Shown here piece after piece: positions 50,450 to 59,874 of a stretch of DNA of 64,000 nt (positions are counted from its first letter, which is position 1; each line of letters opens with the position of its first letter). The DNA is from an uncultured Bacilli bacterium (GTDB taxonomy: Bacteria; Bacillota_I; Bacilli_A; RF39; UBA660): positions 4,313 through 68,312 of the forward strand of contig CANRKU010000003.1 in the NCBI GenBank assembly GCA_947631295.1, in the 5' to 3' direction. The notes under the pieces are model-generated. The model was given only the letters and a program-made list of their open reading frames with translations, was not told the origin of the DNA and ran no database searches. The position numbers and the translations under genes were made by a program.

Positions 50450-51586
50450 ATGTTTTGTGATAATAATAAAAATAAGAAAGACTATCTTTCTCTATCAAAT
50501 GGATGTTATTTAATGGGACCAACAGGACCTACTGGACCTCAAGGACCTGCTGGTGGACCTACCGGACCTCAAGGAATAACGGGACCTACTGGACCAACAG
50601 GACCTACGGGTGAAACTGGACCAACTGGACCTACTGGACCTCAAGGAGAAATTGGTACAACTGAAACCATTCAAATTGGTAAAGTTGTGACAACAGATCC
50701 AGGTACACAAGTAGAAATTACAGATCATAAATATGGTTTCGAGCATATTTTTGATTTTTCCATTCCGAAAGGAGAAGATGGAAAAGATGGTATGGATGGA
50801 CAGCAAGGCGAAATAGGACCAACAGGGCCTACTGGACCAACGGGTGCTCCAGGTACTAGTGTTACTATCTTAGGTTCATATGACAGTATCGATGAATTAG
50901 AAAAAGAACATGAAACAGGTGAGCCAGGAGATTCTTATTTAGTAGGTGACAATTTATACGTTTGGTCAAATACAGAAAACACTTGGAAAGATGTTGGAAG
51001 AATTAGAGGACCACAGGGAATACCTGGTCCACAAGGAAATCCAGGACTTCCTGGAGAAATAGGACCTCAAGGAAAAGAAGGACCTACAGGTCCACCAGGA
51101 CCATTAGAAATTCCAAATGGCTATTTTGTATCTTTCAATAACAGTTATCCCGTTGGCGGAGTAAAAGTAGAATCCAATGCCAGAATACCTATTAGTCTAA
51201 AAGCAATGGATAATACTGGAATATATACCTTAGAGCAAAACGAATACTATATTCAATTTGATAAAGAAGGTGTCTACCAAATTACTTTTATCGTATCTGC
51301 TTATTGTAAATTTGATGAAAATGATACAGATGTCATTGCGATTGGTTTCAAGCAAGAAAACTCAGATATTGTTTATGCCGGTTCTAGTATTTGGAATGTA
51401 GCACATACTTCCGAAAAAATAATTGGTCAAGGAATGTTTGTAGTAGCAAGTACGGATGAAAAGTGGGAATTAGTTAATCTAAGTAAATCACCTATTTATT
51501 TAAATTCTCCAAGTATTGATGATATTACCTCGGATTCTTATTATGTAAATGCTCCAGTAAACATTATTATTCAATATTTAGGTTAA
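50450..51586 (+). CDS. BclA-like collagen-like (GxT triple-helix repeat) exosporium-type glycoprotein, apparently intact
   Basis: N-terminal [17 protein letters not shown], long G-P-T/G-P-Q repeat tracts in two blocks, and a non-collagenous C-terminal domain of about 150 aa. Confidence 0.75.
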   Translation: MFCDNNKNKKDYLSLSNGCYLMGPTGPTGPQGPAGGPTGPQGITGPTGPTGPTGETGPTGPTGPQGEIGTTETIQIGKVVTTDPGTQVEITDHKYGFEHIFDFSIPKGEDGKDGMDGQQGEIGPTGPTGPTGAPGTSVTILGSYDSIDELEKEHETGEPGDSYLVGDNLYVWSNTENTWKDVGRIRGPQGIPGPQGNPGLPGEIGPQGKEGPTGPPGPLEIPNGYFVSFNNSYPVGGVKVESNARIPISLKAMDNTGIYTLEQNEYYIQFDKEGVYQITFIVSAYCKFDENDTDVIAIGFKQENSDIVYAGSSIWNVAHTSEKIIGQGMFVVASTDEKWELVNLSKSPIYLNSPSIDDITSDSYYVNAPVNIIIQYLG

Positions 51587-51657
51587 AAATGACTATGTGT
51601 TTATAATTACTCCTTTTAAAAATAGAACATATATTATGAATGAAAGGAGGAAAAATT

Positions 51658-51816
51658 ATGTGTGGAGCTAATAACTTTCCCAATTTAGGAAGTGGATGTT
51701 ATCTTCTTGGACCCACTGGACCTATCGGACCTACTGGGCCTACTGGACTAACTGGACCTACCGGAGAAACGGGACCTATTGGACCTACTCATGCCCGTAA
51801 AAGTGAAAGTAATTAA
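51658..51816 (+). pseudogene. 5' fragment of a second BclA-like collagen gene, truncated by the inserted element
   Basis: [44 protein letters not shown], then non-collagen junk (HARKSESN*). The N-terminus is paralogous to the upstream gene. Confidence 0.55.
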
Positions 51817-51879
51817 AAAGTGCTTAAAATACTGATGAAACACTTTTAATATACTAATAATTTTTAAAGGAGTGAGATT

Positions 51880-52119
51880 ATGACAAAAAAGGTTGAAGAT
51901 TTATTACAATATGATGAGTTTAGAAAAATGAGATTTACTTTAACTAAAGAAATGCAAGGAATAATTATAAAATTGTTAGTATTACAACAAATGATAAATA
52001 AAGATGAAGAATTAAGTTATAAAGAATTAAAGTTATTAAAAAAAGAAAAAAATAAACTATTAGAAAATTTTGTAAAAGAGTTTCAAGCATACAACATTGA
52101 CAAAATAGCAATTTGTTAA
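51880..52119 (+). CDS. Hypothetical small protein on the element
   Basis: 79-aa ORF with an SD (aaaggagtgag). Confidence 0.3.
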   Translation: MTKKVEDLLQYDEFRKMRFTLTKEMQGIIIKLLVLQQMINKDEELSYKELKLLKKEKNKLLENFVKEFQAYNIDKIAIC

Positions 52120-52129
52120 AATAATTGCA

Positions 52130-52816
52130 TTATTTTTTTTCTTTGTGTCGAGGTTTATCTAAATCTTCTAAAACTTGTTTTTTCAAAAAATCTGTATCAA
52201 TGATATTTTCTATTCCGTTTATACTTTCTAAATTATAAATAACTGAACTAATTTCATCATAAGTTTCTTGTAATGATAAATCAAAAGTTCCCATACTAAA
52301 TAATCTATTTTTATCATAGTATCTTGTATAAAAAGTATCACCTGTTTTATCATGTTTTGCTTCAAAATAATGATATTCATTTTTATTTATTTTAAAAGTT
52401 ATAACTCTTTCTTCTGTTATGTTTTCTTTTTGTGTTTGCTCATCAAAATCTATTTTAGTTCTTTCATCTATCATTAGTTCTTCATCGGTAAATAAAATAT
52501 TAAAAAGACGATTACCAATTGATATAACATAATATGTTCCCTTATTAATTTTTTGCTTTTTACTATTCCATATTACACAATTACATAATAAATTTAATAT
52601 ATGTAATTCATCATTAGATTCCATTTTTTTTACATAATCACCAATAGAAATATAATCACTAATTGCTATTTTAAAAATATTATTCTCACTTGATATAGTT
52701 ATTTCAAAATCACTTTGTTTTGCAATAGGTTTGCTTTCAGTAGTTTCATTAGTTGTAGCGTAATTTTGTAATTGTTTTTTCTTTGCTTTTAATTTATCAA
52801 TTAGTTCACTAAGCAT
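52130..52816 (-). CDS. Hypothetical protein on the element
   Basis: 228-aa ORF, no motifs recognised. Confidence 0.4.
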   Translation of the reverse strand: MLSELIDKLKAKKKQLQNYATTNETTESKPIAKQSDFEITISSENNIFKIAISDYISIGDYVKKMESNDELHILNLLCNCVIWNSKKQKINKGTYYVISIGNRLFNILFTDEELMIDERTKIDFDEQTQKENITEERVITFKINKNEYHYFEAKHDKTGDTFYTRYYDKNRLFSMGTFDLSLQETYDEISSVIYNLESINGIENIIDTDFLKKQVLEDLDKPRHKEKK

Positions 52817-53285
52817 TGTATTTCACTCCTTTAAATTTTATAAAGTTATCAAGTTGGCAATTATAATAACACAAAATGCTCTAAAATACAATTTTACCCA
52901 ATTTATAAATTTATATATTGACGAAAGTGTTTTTTTCCTAAATTAGTATTATGCTCAAAAATTACATTCATGCCCTAAATTGTAATTGAAAAAATAATTT
53001 GTCGTTCAAGAATTTATGTTTTTAAATTGGTATTCTTAAGGTACTTGAACAAGAAAGGAAAGAAAAAACTAATTCGGCATAAGTTTAAATAGGTGAACTT
53101 ATGAAAATTACAAGTACATTTGATGAAAATGGCAAAACTTTACAAGAGATTATAGAACAATTTTTAATCATATTTTATAACGAAAATATTACTGAAAAAC
53201 AAGCATAAAATCGGCAAAAACCTTTAAAAAAATAAGAAAACATGCAATTAAAAATGTTTTGTCAGTAAGTGAAAGGATTTAAATT

Positions 53286-54869
53286 ATGAATACTAATAAA
53301 ATATACAAAGTTGGTATATATTTAAGATTATCTCGTGATGATGAGAAAGATGATGAAAGTCAAAGTATAAGTAATCAAAGAGATTATATAATGAATTATA
53401 TTATACGAAATAATTTAACGCTTATTGATGAGTATATTGATGATGGTGTAAGTGGTACAGAGTTTGATAGAAACGGTTGGAATAGACTAATTGAAGATAT
53501 AGAACGTGATCGAATTAATATGGTTATTACAAAAGATACAAGTCGTTTAGGTCGTAATATATCACAAAGTTTATACTATTCAACTGAATATTTCCAAGAA
53601 AAGAATGTAAGATATATTGCATTAACTGACGGAATAGATACATTTGATAAATTACAAAATACTGATATGTTAATGTTTAAAGCATTTTATAATGAAATGT
53701 ATGTAAAAGATATATCTACTAAAATTAAAGCAACTTTAAACTCTCAAAAAAGAAATGGCAAGTTTATGGGTGGCATAGCACCTTATGGATATGAAAGAAA
53801 CCTACCTTATGATAAGCACGAACTTGTTATAAATGAAGAACAAGCCGAAATCGTAAGAAGAATATATGATTTATTTATAAATGGTATGGGAGTTAAAAAA
53901 ATTGCTAACTTACTAACTGATGAAAATGTACCTATACCAAGCATACAAAAAAATCTTAATCGTGGTGTTAAATCAAGTATATATGGAATATGGCAAGAAA
54001 CAACCATAAGTGATATACTTACAAACCCTACTTATAAGGGAGATTTAACACAATGTCGTGAGTATAAAGTTAGTTATAAATCAAAGAAAAGAAGAAAAAA
54101 TGATAAAAAAAATTGGATTATAGCCAAAGGAGCTTGTCCCGCTATCATTGATGAAGAAACTTTTAATATCGTTCAAGATATGTACTCTAAAAATAAAAAT
54201 AGAACTGATAACTCACTAGAATATCTTTTAAGGGGCTTTTTAGTTTGTAAAGAGTGTGGGCATACCATTTCAATAGGTCAAGCGAAATGGTCTTGTAATG
54301 GAGTTAAGAAAATAAAAAACATTTGTTATTGCAACTTTTGGAAAAAGTTTTCAAGATATAATGTATGTACTCCCCATAAAATTGATTATAATGAGTTAGA
54401 AACTGAAATATTAAAAGATATTAGAAAGAAATGTAAATCATATTTAAAGACAAGTAATTTTGAAGATTTACTAAAAAACAATGATAAAATGAATAAGATA
54501 CAATTAGATTTAGAAAAACAACTAACTAAAATTAAAAATGATATAAAAGAGCAAACAATTTTTGTTGATAAACTATATAAAGATAAGTTAAAAGGTATAA
54601 TTGATGAAGAAATGTTTAGAAGACAATATAATAACCTAACAACTGAAACATTAAACTTAAAGAAAAAAGCAAACGAAATTGAAACAAAATTATATGCAAT
54701 TAAAAATAAGGTGGCTAATAAAGATAATATGAGATATACAAGCATAATTAAAGAGTTTTTATCTTTAAATAAACCTAGCAAAAAACTTTTATCATCACTA
54801 ATTGACAAAATAGTGATAGATGAAGAACAAAATGTTAATATATGTTATAAAATAAAACCATTATATTAA
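53286..54869 (+). CDS. Large serine recombinase (resolvase catalytic domain, recombinase domain and zinc-ribbon/coiled-coil)
   Basis: N-terminal IYKVGIYLRLSRDDEKDDESQSISNQRDY with the catalytic Ser. Cys cluster CKECGH...CNGVKKIKNICYC. Coiled-coil C-terminus. 527 aa. Confidence 0.85.
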   Translation: MNTNKIYKVGIYLRLSRDDEKDDESQSISNQRDYIMNYIIRNNLTLIDEYIDDGVSGTEFDRNGWNRLIEDIERDRINMVITKDTSRLGRNISQSLYYSTEYFQEKNVRYIALTDGIDTFDKLQNTDMLMFKAFYNEMYVKDISTKIKATLNSQKRNGKFMGGIAPYGYERNLPYDKHELVINEEQAEIVRRIYDLFINGMGVKKIANLLTDENVPIPSIQKNLNRGVKSSIYGIWQETTISDILTNPTYKGDLTQCREYKVSYKSKKRRKNDKKNWIIAKGACPAIIDEETFNIVQDMYSKNKNRTDNSLEYLLRGFLVCKECGHTISIGQAKWSCNGVKKIKNICYCNFWKKFSRYNVCTPHKIDYNELETEILKDIRKKCKSYLKTSNFEDLLKNNDKMNKIQLDLEKQLTKIKNDIKEQTIFVDKLYKDKLKGIIDEEMFRRQYNNLTTETLNLKKKANEIETKLYAIKNKVANKDNMRYTSIIKEFLSLNKPSKKLLSSLIDKIVIDEEQNVNICYKIKPLY

Positions 54870-54921
54870 GCAAAAATGGTTAAAAAATAGTTTACACTTT
54901 CACTTATAGTTGTATGAACCG

Positions 54922-55421
54922 GACCTATTGGACCAACTGGGCCTACTGGAGAAACGGGACCTACTGGACCTACTGGAGTAAATTTAGCTGCATATGGTGG
55001 CTTATACGCTAATACTCAACAAACAGAACCTCTATCAGATACAAGTCCAGTACCAATAGATTTAGGAAATAATATGCCTAGTGCTAGTGTAGAATATACT
55101 CCTGAAAACAGTATTACGATATCAGAAACTGGTGTTTATGAAATTGATTATTATGCAACGATATCAACAGAAGCTCAGGCAAATACAATTACGATGGCTG
55201 TAAGAAATGGTACAGAAAATATACCATCAACTGAAGTTGCCATCACAACAGGAAATAGTAATACTTTTACATATAGTGGTAGTACTATTGTTGATTTAAC
55301 AGAAGGCGATATTATTGATATGGCTGGTACTCCATCAACAGGTTCAGGTAATCTTGTAATTGGAAGTACAACATCAGACAGTGTAGGTGCACTACTTACA
55401 GTTAAAAAAATTAGCGAATAA
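54922..55421 (+). pseudogene. 3' fragment of the interrupted BclA-like gene (collagen repeats plus BclA-type C-terminal domain)
   Basis: [19 protein letters not shown] then VNLAAYGGLYANTQQ... A beta-rich C-terminal domain of about 135 aa, in the same frame as the listed ORF 55074..55421. There is no start codon of its own. Confidence 0.55.
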
Positions 55422-55636
55422 ATAATGGAATCGAAAATAAACTACTTTCATAAATTATCTACAAATTATAGGTTAACATTATGAGTAAATAGGAAGATTT
55501 TTCATATAGTATAATGAGTCAAGTTAATGATTACTCCTTGACCAAAATTATTATTATTATAAAATCTCCCAATAGTGATATAGATATAAAATTCTATATC
55601 ACTTTTATTTGGCATAAAATGTGTTAGAGGTGGTTT

Positions 55637-56722
55637 ATGAAAAAATATAAAGTATGTGTATATGCTATTTGTAAAAATGAAGAACAATTTGTCTCTCGCT
55701 GGGTAGAATCTATGCAAGAAGCTGATGAAATTTACGTCTTAGATACTGGTTCTTCAGATCATACTAGAAAAAAATTAAGAGAGTTAGGAGTTCATGTAAA
55801 AAAGAAAATTATTAAACCATGGCGATTTGATGTTGCTAGAAATGAATCTTTAAAATTATTACCCAAAGATACTGATATTTGCGTTTGTACGGATTTAGAC
55901 GAAGTATTTGTAAAGGGATGGCGTGATAATTTAGAAAAAATATGGGATCAAAATACTACTCGTCTTTCTTATAATTATAATTGGTATTTAGATGAAAATA
56001 ATAATCCAAAGGTTAATTTTTATATTGAAAAAATTCATACATTGGAAGATTACACATGGACGCATCCTGTTCATGAAGTATTAACTTATATAGGAAGAAA
56101 AAAAGAAAGAAAAAAAAGGACTGATGCAATTACATTAAATCATTATCCTGATCGTAACAAATCACGTGGAAGTTATCTACCACTACTAGAATTATCTGTG
56201 CAAGAAGATCCAAATGATGATAGAAATATGCATTATTTAGGAAGAGAATATATGTATTATCAAAAATGGAATGAAGCTATTGATACGCTAATTAAGCATT
56301 TGTCTTTACCACGTGCTGTTTGGAAAGATGAGAGATGTGCATCTATGCGATTTATTGCTAGATGTTATAAAAATTTAAATCGCTATGATGAAGCTAGAAT
56401 GTGGTTAGATAAAGCAATCGAAGAAGCTCCTTATCTAAGAGATCCTTATATTGAAAGAGCATTATTAGAATATCAGTTGGAAAACTGGGAAGCAGTGAAA
56501 AAATATTGTTTGCAAGCATTGGAAATTAATCATCATCAAAAAACATATATTAATGAAGTATTTAGTTGGGATAATACTGTTTATGATATATTATCCATTG
56601 CCTATTATCATTTAGGAGAAATAGAGTTAGCAATCAAAAATGTAGAAATAGCTCTATCGATGGATCTAAATAATGAGAGATTAAAAAAGAATTTAGATAT
56701 TTTATTAAGTTTAAAAAAATAA
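55637..56722 (+). CDS. GT2-family glycosyltransferase fused to TPR repeats
   Basis: N-terminal VCVYAICKNEEQFVSRWVESMQEADEIYVLDTGSSD...CTDLDE (GT-A DxD-like). TPR-like C-terminal helical repeats. Confidence 0.55.
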   Translation: MKKYKVCVYAICKNEEQFVSRWVESMQEADEIYVLDTGSSDHTRKKLRELGVHVKKKIIKPWRFDVARNESLKLLPKDTDICVCTDLDEVFVKGWRDNLEKIWDQNTTRLSYNYNWYLDENNNPKVNFYIEKIHTLEDYTWTHPVHEVLTYIGRKKERKKRTDAITLNHYPDRNKSRGSYLPLLELSVQEDPNDDRNMHYLGREYMYYQKWNEAIDTLIKHLSLPRAVWKDERCASMRFIARCYKNLNRYDEARMWLDKAIEEAPYLRDPYIERALLEYQLENWEAVKKYCLQALEINHHQKTYINEVFSWDNTVYDILSIAYYHLGEIELAIKNVEIALSMDLNNERLKKNLDILLSLKK

Positions 56723-57023
56723 AGATTATTTATGGTACATAATCTTCTTTTTTTGCCTAAATCTAAATATTTAATACCGCACTAATTATGAACTTTACTA
56801 TCTAAAAGTTGAAATCTTAAATTAATGATTTCTTTAATTAACTTTAATCTTACTTTTTCTAATCAATATCTTGGGTAATTTTCTTATTCTTCACATTGTT
56901 TACTCTTTTATTTTTTATATATAATATCAATATTTTCCATTTTCAAGCTTTCCTATTTTTTAAGCTATTATTCTATTTTTTTACAATTTACACTAAATTT
57001 ATAGTAGAATCTATTTTTTGCTC

Positions 57024-57055
57024 TGACAAAATATTTAACCCCCTAGGTATTTTGA
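57024..57055. repeat. 32-bp perfect direct repeat, copy 1 (TGACAAAATATTTAACCCCCTAGGTATTTTGA)
   Basis: Identical to 62420..62451. Similarity extends about 12 bp further upstream (ctattttttgctc vs cctattttgttta). Confidence 0.8.
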
Positions 57056-57288
57056 TAAGTTTATCAAAATCACATAGGAGGTTATTCTTTTATATCAATA
57101 TTCGAAAAATTCGAATAGATTTGTCACTGGTGCGAGTGTCGTAGATATCTACAACTCTTACACAAGTACGAATGATATAAATATCACTCACTAATTAAAT
57201 TATATCATCTTTTTATCAATAAGAAGCATTTATTTTTCATTTAACAAAAAATATTTATTCATTTACTGATAAAATTGATAAATACAAT

Positions 57289-57507
57289 TTAATACAAAAC
57301 ATCTTTTCTAGTATATGGCGAGGTAGTTTCTTCACCAACATTACCATTATCATTTTTATAATATCTTTCACATCTATTACAATATAAAGTTTTACCACTA
57401 GGCATTAAAAATGTAAGTGGTTCATAACAATTAGGACATTTTAATATATTTTTCTTTTTCGTTGCATTTTCTACTGTCTCTTTTTGATTATTATTTAATT
57501 CATTCAT
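57289..57507 (-). CDS. Small zinc-ribbon protein
   Basis: CPNC...CNRC four-Cys ribbon. 72 aa. Confidence 0.4.
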   Translation of the reverse strand: MNELNNNQKETVENATKKKNILKCPNCYEPLTFLMPSGKTLYCNRCERYYKNDNGNVGEETTSPYTRKDVLY

Positions 57508-57525
57508 ATTTATACCTCCTATTTT

Positions 57526-58419
57526 TTAACCATCTATAGAAATGTATGATAGTTCTAATCCATATAATTCAATAGTAATTAAATGATCGTCTAATTTATT
57601 GTTTAAATAGGTTAACTCACCGCAATTAACTTTACTAACATAAATAGTTGGTTTTCCTATTTTCTCAATAATTTCATCTTTTGTATGAGTTTTAACATAC
57701 CATTCATCTTTTTCAAATTTTTCAAATAAATGATTTATTACTCTATCTTTGTTTTTAAAATAATATTCTATTATTTCATCAGCATAATTAGTGAGTTCCT
57801 CTTTTACTTCATCAGCTGTAATAATAACTTTTAAACCTTTATACTTATATTCAAAGCCGTTTTTTGTTTTATAGACAGAATCATCATATAATTCTTTTAT
57901 AAAAGTATTCCAATCATCAGCAATTATATCAAAAGTATCTGCTTCGTGATTATAAATCCCTATTTTATTTGTTTCTCTTTCAAAACATAAAGTATCACCA
58001 AATTCTAATTCAGCAAAAGGTATAAGTTTATCTTTCAATTCAGAATCAAAACTTTGAAATTTTAAAATATAAGTTTTGCTATTGGGATCAATTGAATAGA
58101 AGTATCTAACTAATTTTTCTGTTCCATTTAATAGTCCTAAAATATTTTTTTCAGGTTTTAATGATGGATGTTTTAATAAGTAATCTTTGTATTCATTTAC
58201 AAAAGTATAATTAATTTCTTTTTCAACATTATTAATATATTCTAATATTCCAGAATCTAAGTTTTCTATTTTTTTATCAATACTTTTTAAAATTTCTTCC
58301 GTTTCTTCATTTGACACATTTAATTTTTTTAATTTATCTTGGTCCTTATTCGATAGAGCATCTATTATTTGTCTCACTCTTGGAACTGATTTTGAAAGTT
58401 CTGATTTATTATTTTTCAT
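57526..58419 (-). CDS. Hypothetical protein, possibly SMI1/KNR4 (SUKH)-like
   Basis: 297 aa. The SUKH resemblance is weak (EKEINYTFVNEYKDYLLKH; DDWNTFIKELYDD). Confidence 0.35.
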   Translation of the reverse strand: MKNNKSELSKSVPRVRQIIDALSNKDQDKLKKLNVSNEETEEILKSIDKKIENLDSGILEYINNVEKEINYTFVNEYKDYLLKHPSLKPEKNILGLLNGTEKLVRYFYSIDPNSKTYILKFQSFDSELKDKLIPFAELEFGDTLCFERETNKIGIYNHEADTFDIIADDWNTFIKELYDDSVYKTKNGFEYKYKGLKVIITADEVKEELTNYADEIIEYYFKNKDRVINHLFEKFEKDEWYVKTHTKDEIIEKIGKPTIYVSKVNCGELTYLNNKLDDHLITIELYGLELSYISIDG

Positions 58420-58436
58420 TTTTTCTTCTCCTTATT

Positions 58437-58946
58437 TTATCTAGTATAATTACTAGTAATATTTTTTTCTTCAATAGATTGTTTTAAATCTAATAATTCT
58501 TTTTTCATTTTTAATGTTTTTTTGGTATCTTTGACGGTTGATAATACAAATTTAATTGATTTTGTTGCTAAGATAATTCCCATTAATCCAATCTTATCTA
58601 TAATAAAATTAATTCCATCAAACATTTTTGTATAAACAGCTACCAATACATCACTTTTTGGCAGAGTAGAAACAGTTTGAGTTATATTATCAAAAATATT
58701 TGTTAAATCTTCTGTTCCAAAATTAGATATATTAGAATTTGAGTTTAGCACAATGCTGGCACATAGTAATATAATTGAGCCATTTAAAATTGCCTTTGTT
58801 ATTGCTTTTTGATTGTGCCTTTTATATTCTGTATCAATCTTTTTTATTTTTATAGGTATATTTTCTTCGAAATTATTGTTTTCTAATTGTTTAATTGCAA
58901 GTTCTTCTATTTCTTGTTGTGAGTAATCTTTTAATAAATCATTCAT
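58437..58946 (-). CDS. Hypothetical membrane protein
   Basis: 169 aa with one or two TM helices (AILNGSIILLCASIVL; GLMGIILATKSIKFVL). Confidence 0.35.
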   Translation of the reverse strand: MNDLLKDYSQQEIEELAIKQLENNNFEENIPIKIKKIDTEYKRHNQKAITKAILNGSIILLCASIVLNSNSNISNFGTEDLTNIFDNITQTVSTLPKSDVLVAVYTKMFDGINFIIDKIGLMGIILATKSIKFVLSTVKDTKKTLKMKKELLDLKQSIEEKNITSNYTR

Positions 58947-58947
58947 A

Positions 58948-59169
58948 TTACATATTCTGGCTTTCTTGAAATTTTGTTAATAATAACTGAAGAAATTCAC
59001 CATCATTTATAGTAGTTAACGTATCATTTTCAAGTAAGCATACAGCAACACCAGATATACCATCTTTTGTCACTAAGTAAACGTAATTTTTTCCATCAAT
59101 TTGAATTTGATTGATAACTATATATTCTTTTCCATTGCTTAATGTTAATAAATCACCTTTATTTAACAT
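58948..59169 (-). CDS. Hypothetical small protein
   Basis: 73-aa ORF, translationally coupled to its neighbours. Confidence 0.3.
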   Translation of the reverse strand: MLNKGDLLTLSNGKEYIVINQIQIDGKNYVYLVTKDGISGVAVCLLENDTLTTINDGEFLQLLLTKFQESQNM

Positions 59170-59662
59170 ATTTGCCTCCTTCTAATTTTTCATTACTTTG
59201 TTCCAATAATAATTGATTATCTAATTCATCATCATCAACAGAAGAAATAATTTCATAATCCTTTACTTCAATTATTCCCATTAATTCATCTTGTTTTGTT
59301 TTTAAATTTTCTAACTTATTTTCTAATGATTTTTTTCTTATTTTATAACTAAAGGAATTCCCTAAATGTAAAGAACTTGATAATGCAGAAATTGCAGCTC
59401 CTATGGGTCCTATCATTTCGATAGCTGAATCAGCAAAAGTTGGAGGATTGCTAGCTGTCAAATTACATATATAAGTTGCTAATGCAATTCCCAATGCTAG
59501 TACACCATCTTTAATTGCTTCTTTAACATCTTGTTTTCTATAAGTCTTGTAATTTTTATCTATACTATTTATTCTTAATGAAGTTTCCCAAATTTCTAAC
59601 CTAATTTCATCTTTTTCATTTAAGGAATCCTGATTATTTAAATTAATTCTCTTATTAAACAT
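59159..59662 (-). CDS. Hypothetical membrane protein
   Basis: 167 aa. Central TM/amphipathic region ALGIALATYICNLTASNPP. Confidence 0.35.
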   Translation of the reverse strand: MFNKRINLNNQDSLNEKDEIRLEIWETSLRINSIDKNYKTYRKQDVKEAIKDGVLALGIALATYICNLTASNPPTFADSAIEMIGPIGAAISALSSSLHLGNSFSYKIRKKSLENKLENLKTKQDELMGIIEVKDYEIISSVDDDELDNQLLLEQSNEKLEGGKYVK

Positions 59663-59874
59663 AAATTACTTTCTCCTATAATTGTTTTCTTCAGGTGTAT
59701 AATCATTATAACAATTATCAGAATTTTCTGCTAACGATTCGTCTTTATTTTTTATGATATTCTCATAATCCTGATAATAATTGTCATTATTATTATTTGA
59801 ACTTTGATCTTCATTGATATTCATAGTTGCATCATTAATATAAATATCATAAGCATTGTCATCTTTTTTATCCA

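Larger units (their letters stand above)
51790..54921 (+). mobile_element. 3.1-kb intervening element carrying a large serine recombinase, inserted in the collagen (GPT) repeat tract of a bclA-like gene
   Basis: The collagen repeat stops at 51789 and resumes in frame at 54922. The 14-bp GGACCTATTGGACC is present at both junctions. Inverted 10-bp cores AAGTGAAAGT (51801..51810) and ACTTTCACTT (54897..54906) lie 11 and 15 nt inside the ends. Confidence 0.6.

Noticed and set aside
50510-50806. 98-aa minus-strand ORF (Ser/Arg/Trp-rich) inside the collagen gene
   Set aside because: It is the antisense reading of the GPT repeat tract, a repeat artefact.
56896-57144. 82-aa plus-strand ORF in the AT-rich spacer containing repeat copy 1
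   Set aside because: Phe/Ile-rich translation of AT-rich DNA with no SD. The region is better explained as a non-coding element boundary and repeat.
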